From: Epiperipatus broadwayi
Lineage: Eukaryota > Animalia > Onychophora
DNA length: 64,000 nt
Direction of reading: 5' to 3'
Assembly: GCA_028023455.1 (NCBI GenBank)
Contig: JAQFVV010000002.1
Location: forward strand, 4,712,001 to 4,776,000
Position numbers and translations under genes: made by a program. Below are positions 53,101-64,000 of this stretch, one piece after another (position 1 is the first letter of the stretch; each line of letters starts with the position of its first letter). The notes under the pieces were generated by a model. That model worked only from the letters and a program-made list of their open reading frames with translations, was not told where the DNA came from and made no database searches.

Positions 53101-54878
53101 ACAGATTATTCTGATTAATGACAGAATGGATTCTGTTAGGATTTTATTAACTGGACAAGATAAACAAACTCTTAATAATTAATCATAAACTAATGAAGTT
53201 ATTTATATACTTAATATAAATTTTAGATAAACAAACAAATATTTCAATGTAATGACCTCATAAAGTGTATATTTAATTAAGCTTAAATAATAATTGTGTA
53301 ATAAAATATACATGTATAGAATCCCAGTGCACTTACCTATATTGGCTTGAGTTGGATCAAAATACAAGAATCAAAAATTAACTTGTATACTCTGAAGAAA
53401 ATGATTAGACAGATTCATCAGATTTTTAATAAACTCTAAATTTATTGGTATTTAACAAAAATTAATCTTGATATTAATAAAAAAAAAAGATATAAGCAAT
53501 AGATTAAAACTGTAACCAGTTGAAAAGTACAATACTATTTTTCTTTAATATATATATAATTGAGTTGATAGTCTATTACTATATAAAAATCAATAATGAA
53601 TAATAAATAAAGATATATATATAACTCAAAAGTGTGTTGTATGACAATAATATTATATATAAACTAAAGGAGAGATTCCAAATATTTAGACTTTAAATAG
53701 TATATACAATGAAAAAAAATGTAATCAAATAAAAATAGATTTTCATTTATTCACTAATGTAATTTCTAAATAATTAGCCACCATAAAGATCTATTGTATT
53801 TAAACCCTTCTCTATATGAGTATCCCCAAGTTAAATCTTAAACAACAACAAAAAAAATATTTGAAAACATCAGGCCATAAATTAACCTATATCATTAGAT
53901 AAGAGTTTAAATAATAATAATAAAAATGAATCTCTCTGACCTTTTATTGCATGAATCATATAATAACCCATATATACTATTTAATACTATATTTTAAAAT
54001 AAAATATGAACAATATATATATATATTGTTTTTTTAAACAAAAATATATGTACACAGATATCATACGATCTATGTGAAAAGTTTCTTCCTTTTTACCTAC
54101 TGCTTTATTGTAGTCTTGTTTTTTTTTTTTTTTGTTTCTGATCCCAATGTATAGAAATCATTCTTAAAGTAAAGAAGACAAACATGAACAATAACAGTTG
54201 AGGATTTGAATTCAAGTACTTTTTTTTTTTTTATAAATCCTGAATTTTTCTTTCAAGTATACAAATATATCCCAACTTTTTAAAATAGCAGATACATACA
54301 TGGGCATTGCAAAACAGCACATCTCTGGCTTTATTTTCTTTTTTCATTGTTAATAATATATAGACAATTCCTTCATTGATAAAATTTAGTTACATCCAAA
54401 TGAGTAATAAATGTGCTAGCATTTATCCAAATTAAAAAAGTGAAATTTTGATTGCTTAATATCACACAGAAATTGAGTTAATCAATTTTGTGAAATTCAT
54501 TGATCAGAAATATGATATCCACATGCACATCATGGAGATTTGTATTCATCACAAATAAATAGATGAAATCATAGATTTTAATAATGGAATTTTTATATCT
54601 TATTTGTAATACAACACAATTTGATTTTTTTTATTACATTTTGCTGTTTCTCCTGAAATTTCATCAATGAACTGCCCCAATTAAATGGGGAGACAGTTAT
54701 ATTTTATACTCCCCTGGTTTTAGAAATTAATCACTTTAGGAAATAAATTTGATAACTTTTTAAAGATGAATATAAAAGCATCCTTCTAAGCAATGATAAA
54801 ATTTATAAGAACTCAAGTTACAGCATTTCAGTTCTATTTATAACATATCTTTGCTGATGTTAATGTTGCCAAGACAAC

Positions 54879-55593
54879 ATTTCAGATTTTCCACTCAATA
54901 GATAACTTTTAAATAAATGCTGGCTTTGGGTTGGTATTTTTAGATCTAGTGATCTGAACCTGCCCTGGCATCTCTCTGAAGAGTACCAAAGCATGAAACC
55001 ATGGTCAGGAGTTTGGGAGGGGGGAGTTCCTGTCAGAGATATTTTAAATGCTTTCTCTGGCTAAGCATTTATTATAAAGCTTGTTGAGGAATTGACAATC
55101 CTTACTGTTTATAACTTACAGGCTTAAGAGAATATGGTCATGTGAACTATGACTCTTATTTTGACTATTTATAGTCTCTGCCTTAAGTTTTATGCAATGT
55201 TATATTGCTAAGACTACTAATATATAGTATGGCTGAAGATCTATCAGCCCCATATAGCTATTTGAGTTGGATAGCTGGGTTTCAAGACATGTAGGTGTCT
55301 GAAAATTTCAGATTTTCCACTCAGTAGATAAATTTTAGATAAATGCTAGCTTTGGGTTGGTATTTTTAGATCTAATGTCTGAACCTTCCCTGGCACCTCT
55401 CTGAGGATTGCCAAAGCACAAAACCATGGTCAGGGGTTTGGGGGATTCCTGACAAAGAGATATTTTAAATGCTTTCTCTGGTTAAGTATTTGTTATAAAG
55501 CTTGTTGAGGAATTGGCAATCCTCATTGTTTATAACTTACAAGCTTAAGAGAATAGGGGCCATGTGATCTATGATTCTTATTTTGACTATTTA
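54879..55593 (+). mobile_element. Family E retrozyme, head-to-tail tandem (425-bp period)
   Basis: Cores CTGAAGA-GTAC CAAA GCAT-GAAAC-CATG-GTC^AGGAG (cleavage after 55006) and CCTCT-CTGAGGA-TTGC CAAA GCAC-AAAAC-CATG-GTC^AGGGG (after 55431). Stem III is the palindrome ACCATGGT. Confidence 0.88.
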
Positions 55594-56840
55594 GATATGG
55601 TATCCATTTCAATATATATATATTATTGCGATTTATTCTTCAATAAAATAAATCCCCCAAACCAATTTATTTTACTATAAATCCAGTGCATAAAAAATAT
55701 CTTCCATTCACTAAATGAGTTAGAATTGAAACACATAAACATCCACATAGAAATTAAAATTTGGCTTTTCTATTTGTAAGTTTCGACTATAATCTAAAAA
55801 AAAAAAAAAGATTGGTTACAAATATAACCAGATACACTAATTAATTTGCAACGTATATATCAAACATTTTGATCAACTTATCAATAAATATAACAATATC
55901 CTTAATAAACAAGAACTTATACAAACAATTCATTTTATATATAAATATTTTACATGTTTAAAATTATTTAAATAAAGTACAAATTATTTTACAATTCTTA
56001 TAAATTTAATAAATAAACAATTAAATATCGTGATAATGACAGCTATATTTGCAGCATTTATTATCTAATTATTTTATCTATCTCTGGACAGAAATTATAT
56101 ACATTTAATTAAGCTGTAGTAACGTTATAAACAATATGATGGCATCAGACATGATTGGAGATTATTCATGCAAATAAATTTTATGTTTTAAAAGCTATTA
56201 AGGTGATGATGATAACAAAAACTAGTTATATTTTTCTATTTATTAATTTTTAATTACCATAAGTTTAACACCCGTTTTTGTTTTATTACATACTAATATA
56301 CTGCCTATATTATTTTATTACAGCTAAGAGTTTCATTTTTATAATTAAATAATCGACATTAATAACGATTAGTAAAAGATCGTTTACTCAATTTCTTCAA
56401 TTTTATAATTCAGCTAATTTAACATTAAAATTTATTACCACTCAAGTAACGAGAATCAAATTAGATTTAATGAGCCTTTAAAAGTAAACTGAAATAATCA
56501 AGAAATTTAATCGAATTATATAATTATTTACAAATTAACTATGTTTTTGCTTTAATACTCTTTGTAAAAGTTATGTTTATTAATATTTATTCTGTTTAAT
56601 TTGTAATAAATATACTTTGACAATTGCATTTTTTAAAATCAATATTAACAATATATATAAAGATCTTGCGTTGTATTGATTTCTGGTAACTGCTTGTTAG
56701 GATGATGATCAGAGCTTCAAAACCATATTCAATAATACTTTCATATTCCAATAATAATAATAATAATACATTTGTTTGAAGTCTGTCCATTAAAGTATAT
56801 AGATTGGCTATCTTAATATAAAGCTGAATACTGATTATAT

Positions 56841-57044
56841 ATATGTGTGAGGATAGTAATCTAGACCAACTGATGATTGCTGGTTTAGCATGAAATACGT
56901 ATATTGGTGATTATTTATCTTTTCAACATGTGTGTGATCAGATGGCTCAGCAATATGAGATGGCACTGAGAGTAATGGGTCGTGTGGAAGTCTGAGTTCG
57001 AATTCCACCTATATTACATATATAAACACAGGTTTAAGCCTGTG
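56841..57044 (+). mobile_element. Family D HHR element with tRNA-like A/B boxes
   Basis: ACCAA-CTGATGA-TTGCT GGTTT AGCAT-GAA-ATACGTAT-A^TTGGT (56865-56908), then TGGCTCAG (56943) and GAGTTCGAATTCC (56994). Confidence 0.88.
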
Positions 57045-57269
57045 CAAATGTATTAATAATACATTTGGAAACTCCATTGATTATTGTCTTCTCCTTTCTT
57101 ATATTCTCTAAGGGACTACTGGAGTGATTTTTTCTACTAATGATTATTTAAAAGCTTTTTATCTTTTATATAATTTCATATATATATATGAATTAGAATT
57201 AAATAGCAGCAAATATTGTGATATATATATTAAAAATGAAAATTTATAAAGTCCATTATGTAATTATAA

Positions 57270-57432
57270 GGGATTTGAATACAGACTATCAAACTCCCTT
57301 CAGCTATCCACTCTTTCATACAAGTGATACACATAACCACACACATGTGAAAAAGATAAATGATCTCCCAATGTAAATATTTTGTGCTAAACCATTGATC
57401 ATCAATTGGTTCAGATAATCTCCCACACATAT
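57270..57432 (-). mobile_element. Family D HHR element, degenerate, interrupted by a probable LTR
   Basis: GGATTTGAA at 57271; degenerate core at 57367-57410. Confidence 0.75.
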
Positions 57433-58545
57433 TGTAACGGTCAGAAATGTGTGATTCATTAACATAGTGCAGAATTCGACCACCACACAGAACTGCAGTA
57501 CCATCTAGGTATCAAAGTCACCCATAGTACTGAGTTTGAACATAGTTTATCAGTTCCACAATACAATCTATGAAACGATGCATCTAATGCTACATTAGTA
57601 AATACTTCTTTAGGCACGGTGGTCAGGGAGATGCAAGAGAATCAAGAATTTTTATTTTGAGATAGCCAATAATAACATTAATATTAAACATTTATATTTT
57701 ACAGAATCGAGGAAATATTATGTTGAATGGGTATCGAATAAATAAAGATGGAATGGCAGATGTATACTTTGAAATTATTTATTTAAAACATTTTATACTA
57801 AATCATCTAATTAATAATATTTTATTATATTTAAAATCTCAGTAACGGTATTTCCGATACTGTTATACTTTACAAAGATATATATTTCTATATTTAAAAT
57901 ATTCTATACGAAATCATTTAACCAATAATATTTTGTTACATTTAATATCTCAGTAGCGGTATCTCCGATACTGTTATATTTTACAAAGATATACATTTAT
58001 GTGGCTGATGTAATCTAGCTACCTAAATTCTTGAGCAAGTATTTCACGAGCATGCCTTTGGGATTTATATCTTTGCAATGCAAGAGTCTAAAGTAGAATT
58101 AATAATAGTAACAGCGGACACATATTTATTTAATTAAAGAAGATATTTACTAATTACTATGGACAGACATTTATTTGAGAGTGAGTTATGTCACTAATGC
58201 AAAGACGGAGTTATATATTGAGTAACACAATTAATAAGAAGAAACACGTGGTATGTCTAGAAAGGCGATATGAAGGTGGCAGTACATTAAAACTGCAAAG
58301 CCATGAATGAGTTTAGAATAACAGGCTGCGTTTGCTGTAGGCCCAAAGAGGTAAGGTGTCACATAAGCATAACCAGGGGCAAGTGGTTCATGCCATGATT
58401 ACTTTTTGGCTGCATGATGGTCATCAAGTCCTATTGGAACATTTATTATGTCCGCTTGTGTAGGACAACTGAGATTAATTTCAATCCTATAGAATCCAGA
58501 GTATCCAAGGCTTATAATAGGTTCTCGCATCTCCAAAATGTTACA
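57433..58545. mobile_element. Probable solo LTR
   Basis: Perfect terminal TGTAAC...GTTACA. Flanks CATAT (57428-32) and CATGT (58546-50) form a 5-bp TSD with 1 mismatch. CpG is retained inside. Confidence 0.5.
57829..57998. repeat. Two ~60-bp copies about 110 bp apart, each with a GC hairpin
   Basis: CAGTA(A/G)CGG TAT(T/C)T CCGATACTG in both copies. Confidence 0.85.
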
Positions 58546-61500
58546 CATGTATAATCTACAGACTATTCTGTTAAGATTTAAATATATTTATAACTCGGCC
58601 CTACATTATCAACATTTAATAAAGAACATTTTTGACTCTCAAAGAAATGTGATTTACGGAATTATTAAAATTTAACAAAATATAAAAAGAATAGATAAGC
58701 TGGGTGAGTATTAATAACTAAAATGTCAACCATTTGATAATTAGTAGAGCCCCGCATTACAATAAATAAAGCATTGAATGCGTGTCGATTTATCTGAAAT
58801 ATTAAGTAATTTATAAAAGTGAATATTAATGAGGATTTGCAAGACACACATCCACTGTTTTAAGCAATCATGGATTTGCATTTAGAAAATTATGGAGATT
58901 TCCAAGCTGACCAGCCAACAAAAGTATAAAATGAAATATATTAATAGGTTGCTAGATAAGATGGCAACCTTTTTGATTAAAAATCTATATTTAAATTTGG
59001 CGAGGTCAGATCGGAAATCTCATAAGCATGCTATGATTAGATAATAAAATGTAACATTTAGAAATACGTACCCAAGAAAAGATAGAATTAGGCAAATTAG
59101 ATTATTAAAAAAATTTACATAAGGAATTAACAATTAAATTCAAAGTTTTACAATTTAGAGTTTTACAAGTTATATATAGTTAACAAGGTATATAAAGAGT
59201 GAGCTATAGCATGATTATTTAGAGTACTCTAGGAGAATTTGGGTACAGGTACCTGTTTTATGAGAAGTTTTCAGATTCAGTAGAAAATTATTCATGATTT
59301 CAGAAGTAGCATTTCTTTCCAGTATTTAGATTATTCATTGATTTTAACAGCAGCAGCAGCTTTCTAATTGTTTGGGCAGCAGATCTTGGTTGATATTATG
59401 GAGGGCACATGTGTTAGCGGCGTACGATCGACCATCTGCAAGGAGAAAGTCTGGAAGCTTTCTACTTGAACGTACTGTGGTAGGTAAATTACTTTATGAT
59501 TTTTGGAGACTCTCAACTGATTGAGAGCACAGCCAAAGTTTAAAAGTTCTGAGAAAATTCAAAATGTTCTCCTTTCTTTGATCTTATCTTTTTACTTTTG
59601 TTCGATTTTATTTTTGGATCCACTCATTTTCCCCAAGGATCATCAATACATTCTTGTAAGTTTAATTTATATAGAAAGATGCATTTCTATTGTTAAAAAA
59701 TTCCCTAGTTGATTAATAGTAGATGACCAATGAAATTTATTTAATTAATGGCCTGATGTCATGCTGTCTACAGTATAAAAAGGTGATGGCAGATGAAAAA
59801 GAATAGAATAAAAAGTGAGATCTAATAACTTGTCTCAATTTGTTAATTAAAAAGTTAATTTCTATAAGCTGAATACTTATACAAGATATCTTAAGAGGAT
59901 TATAAAGAGACCATGGAATAATTAAAAAAAATTTATTCACTGAGGAGCTGATTTTCATCTTAAATGTCAAATTGTAGTCAAAATGTGGTTACTAGTAAAA
60001 GTAAAAAAAGTAGTTATTATTATTATCATTCTTGGAAAAAATGGAAAAGGATTATAAATAAATTCAAAGAGTTTGCAGATATTGTTATGAAAGAAAATGG
60101 TTTGTTATCTCTTTATTTTTAATGAGTTTAACTCTTAAGTTATTTAGGAACTTTTATTTAGTGACAAAATATAGTCATTATAAAATTATAAAAACAGTTT
60201 TCAGAACTAAGATAGTTACTTGATAGTAATTATAAATCTATTTAAAAAATTGCATTAAATGACTTATATGCAAAAATAAAATTGAAACCTAATAAGAAGA
60301 ATAAATAATATGTATTTTATTAGTAATGAAAGAATTTTGCCAGAATAATTGATGTTTTTTTAAAAAATGATATTAAAAACCAATAATGATAAAGTAATTA
60401 TTGCTGCTAACAAATGATGTATATTTTGATGAAAAACGCCAAATGTATGAGAATTTAAAAGAGAGAATCATTTATTTTAATAATGGAAAATGAGAGTTAT
60501 AAACTAATGTTTAATTTTTGAAGAAGTATTATAAAATTATTGAATGTCCCAGATTTTAAAATGCACTCAAGAGAATTCCAGGATCCTAGAATATTTGAAA
60601 GAGCTCAAGAACTTAACAAGATTTTATTAATTGTAAATATTTTTTATCTTAAAATGTTCTTTTTTAAACAATATGTATTTTCTAGTGGGTGGGAGAAAAA
60701 GCAGCAACAAGTGATGAAGTTTCAACCATTGACCATTGTCATGGCAATAATAGTGAAAAGTTTTGAGGTTTTTTGTTTATGATTCAATTTAATTTTTTTA
60801 TTGTTAATGTTTTATATTAATATAAGGTATTTTATGGTAAGACAGAAATTAGTTAAATAATTTCTATGTTTTTATTAATGTTTTAGAATTAAGATAATTT
60901 TAAAATATTATATTTTAAATTTAAAATTGAAGGTATAGTGTGTTTAGTTATAAAATTTTTGTGTGGATGTACTAAAGAACTATCTAATTTTTTAACTCAA
61001 TCAAATGAAACTTTAATAAATAAACTTTACTATTTCTAAGATATGTAAAATCTTAACTGTGCACTCTAAAGTATTGATAAGGTATTTGTTAAATATATTT
61101 GAATAATAATTACTAAAAGAATATCAATTAATTGATTTAATATTTGTTAAAGTCAGAATTTAATGAATTAAATTTGAATAAAAGTTATTTTTAAGTATCC
61201 TATTTTTGAATTAATTATATTAAATAGAGTTTTGTTGTAAAATAGTATTTATTAATCTGTATTAAAATTCATTCAAAATAGTAGTTATTAATGTATTAGT
61301 TAATTCATATAATATCTATTTGATATAGGTTTTATCTTAAATGAGTTTTAGTAAGTTTAGTTTTGCTGTCATTAAAATAATAATTAACATATAGTTAATT
61401 TTAGTTTTCTTTAATCATGTCTAGTATACATGTGTGTGCAAATATTTGTGCATGTATTAAAAGAGAGCAGTTTAAAAGGGATGCCACCTGTTTAAATCTA

Positions 61501-63442
61501 TTCTTAGACATCTTAATTAATAAAAGGTCATACTTTATTTTATGCAACTGATTTAATAAAAGGTTAAAATTGTTAATCAGATATTCATCTGTGATTAAGT
61601 AAAGTCATATGACATACTTTGCAATAAAAAGAACAAGCACATATACATTTAAAAAGAAAAAACTGAAAAAATAAAATTACTTTTCAATTAATTATTATTC
61701 TGTTTTCTTCAGCTTAATTAATAATTTTTAAAGGCTTATTTTAAATAATTTATTTTATAATAAATAATGTTGAGTTTGAAATTCCAAGATCATTTAAGCA
61801 AGTCCAATCTCTAATAGATATCCACCTGGCCATAAACAATATATTATTGGAAAATGCAAAAAACTGTATTGTTATGAGGAAATTCCAGAGAGTTATGAAT
61901 ATTCAAATATATTGAAAACTGCTAAGCTAGAAAGATATATATATGTTTATTTATCCTACTTATAGACTTTTGGTTAATTCTGAACTTTTGGTATAAAACC
62001 CATTTTATTAATACTTTATTATTTCAAGCTAATTAGTTATATATGCTAATTACCATTATTAACAATATTGCCTTTTATATTTCTCAAAATGACTTACTTT
62101 AGATGAAAAGTAATTTACATTGGACAATTTAATAACTGAAATACAGTTATTATTATACTAGAAACTATTTTCAAAATTATTATATCTTTAATTAGCAAAA
62201 TAAATACAATTATGAGTTCTCTTAAAATTATTGCTATTTTTTAAAAAAAAATAAAATATAGTTATTTTAATTGCTTTATTTAATTATGATAAAAAAAGAT
62301 GTTATCTGGATTGATTTTCTCAATATTTTGAAGAAAAAAAACTACATATATCTATATTACCTCTAATGTAAATAAAATATCTTAGTATTATTATAATTTA
62401 TTCAATGAAAAATCATCTATTTATTTATTGCAAATATATTTTGTTCTCTAAATAAAGAAAAAGATAATTTAAATTTGCTTCATGTCTTAATATTACTAAA
62501 ATATCTCAATTTTATTATTGAACTGTTTGTTACCTATTTATTATTAATCTTGCCATACCTGTTCTTGGCTCCTCTCCATTTAAAATTAAAATTGTGGATA
62601 ATGTTTTTTCAAGTAATTCTTGCTTTCAAATGTTTGCCTGTTCATTTGTTTTTTCTTCATTAATAAAACTGTGCTATATATTTTTCTGAATGTAACAACA
62701 AAAGAACTCCTCAATTAAAAATGGTTATTTTCAATTTAAATAATGAAAGTATATTCAACTCTCATCTTAGTTAAATGGAGTAAAACAAGTCTAGTATATA
62801 TTTATTATTTTATAAAATTGATATATGTTTATTATTGTTGTATTATTATGGCTATATTTTTTATAAATATATAATTATTATTTTATATGAGGTATATTAT
62901 AAAGTATATTTATAATAATACACATACCACCAAGGGATTTGGTAAGAAAAATATTTACATAAAACATTTTTAAGTTGTACATTATTAAGAGTTCTCAGAA
63001 TTTATATCCTGATATAATAAAAATGTATTGCTGTGCATGGGTAAAAACAGCTTTTCTATATTTGCTATGTGCTGGAATGGAATGTTTTGGAAATCAGTAT
63101 ATGAGCTAAGATAGCTTTTAAAATTCTTAATATTTTATATTGCTTTGCAAGTATAATGCATTGGTTTGCATATATTTTTAGACCAAGTATATGTGTTATT
63201 GTGCATATGAGTATGTATGCAAGTTACATTTTTTATTTGTTATTAACAAATTCATACCTTGTTCATTTATTAATTTATCTGCTGCGTCGAGTCAATTTCA
63301 GAATTTAGTTGGATGGTTTCTGTTATAGTTGTATGAGAGAGAGAGAGAGAATGTAGCTTACTTGTTTTGGTACTGCCAGTTTGAGTTACTGGGTGCCCAT
63401 TTATTTATTTGTCACTATCCATTTTGCCTTTAACTTTGTATT

Positions 63443-63500
63443 TGTAGTATATATTTTATTATGTGGAACATTGTAGTATATATTTTATTATGTGGAACAT
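63443..63500. repeat. Tandem duplication, 2 x 29 bp
   Basis: TGTAGTATATATTTTATTATGTGGAACAT repeated. Confidence 0.9.
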
Positions 63501-64000
63501 TTAAAACATGTCACTCTCTGCATTTGTTTTACTAGCTCTACTACAATTTAATTTTAGAGGTTAGTTTATTGTTATTATTGAATTCTTTCATTTTGCCCCT
63601 TATATGCATTAATAAAATTAAAGTTGTACAATTATTTTTGCATAATATCTATCTTTTCAATGTCATTATGTTTCTATACTGAGTTTTAAATATCATTAGT
63701 ATTACAGTTTTAATATCATCTTTAGTCATCTCTGTATATCTGATATTCTATATGCATAATTGCTAGATGGTTAATTTATTAAACAAAAGTGTGAAAAGTT
63801 CTTAAATAATATAAATGCCATAATTACAATTTTTACAGGGTTTTACTTAAAAGGGAATATATTTTATTTTGAATTATACAAATGTTTATGTCAGCAGTAA
63901 TTTGTAATATTAAAGTTACTGCCCCTTCTAAATATCTTTTATTGTATTAAAATATTATGTTGCAAATAAATATTTTATTATTCCTTAAATACATTTGTTT

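Overview
AT-rich, CpG-depleted nuclear DNA of an unidentified animal. No host protein-coding gene can be supported. The listed ORFs are spurious or are pieces of decayed retroelements. The window holds two decayed Penelope-like elements (PLE; RT plus GIY-YIG remnants), two RTE-clade LINE remnants, seven tRNA-Gly-derived SINEs, two probable solo LTRs and a long (GATA)n tract. The main signal, which the ORF track misses, is about 24 minimal type I hammerhead ribozyme (HHR) cores read by eye. They fall into five families plus one subfamily (my labels A, A', B, D, E, F) with covarying stems and mostly palindromic stem III. Several sit in non-coding tandem units of about 390-490 bp that resemble animal retrozymes; family B sits in the PLE 3' region. 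Many insertions share one architecture: two RNA-sense arms joined 5'-to-5' as a fold-back and bracketed by one 9-15 bp target-site duplication (TSD). The clearest case is a 1.24-kb palindrome at 51866-53100 in which each arm exceeds one 457-nt monomer and the junction lies inside the ribozyme. My inference is a PLE-driven retrozyme system with double-primed integration from circular or multimeric RNA. All alignments and folds were done by eye, and ribozyme activity is untested.
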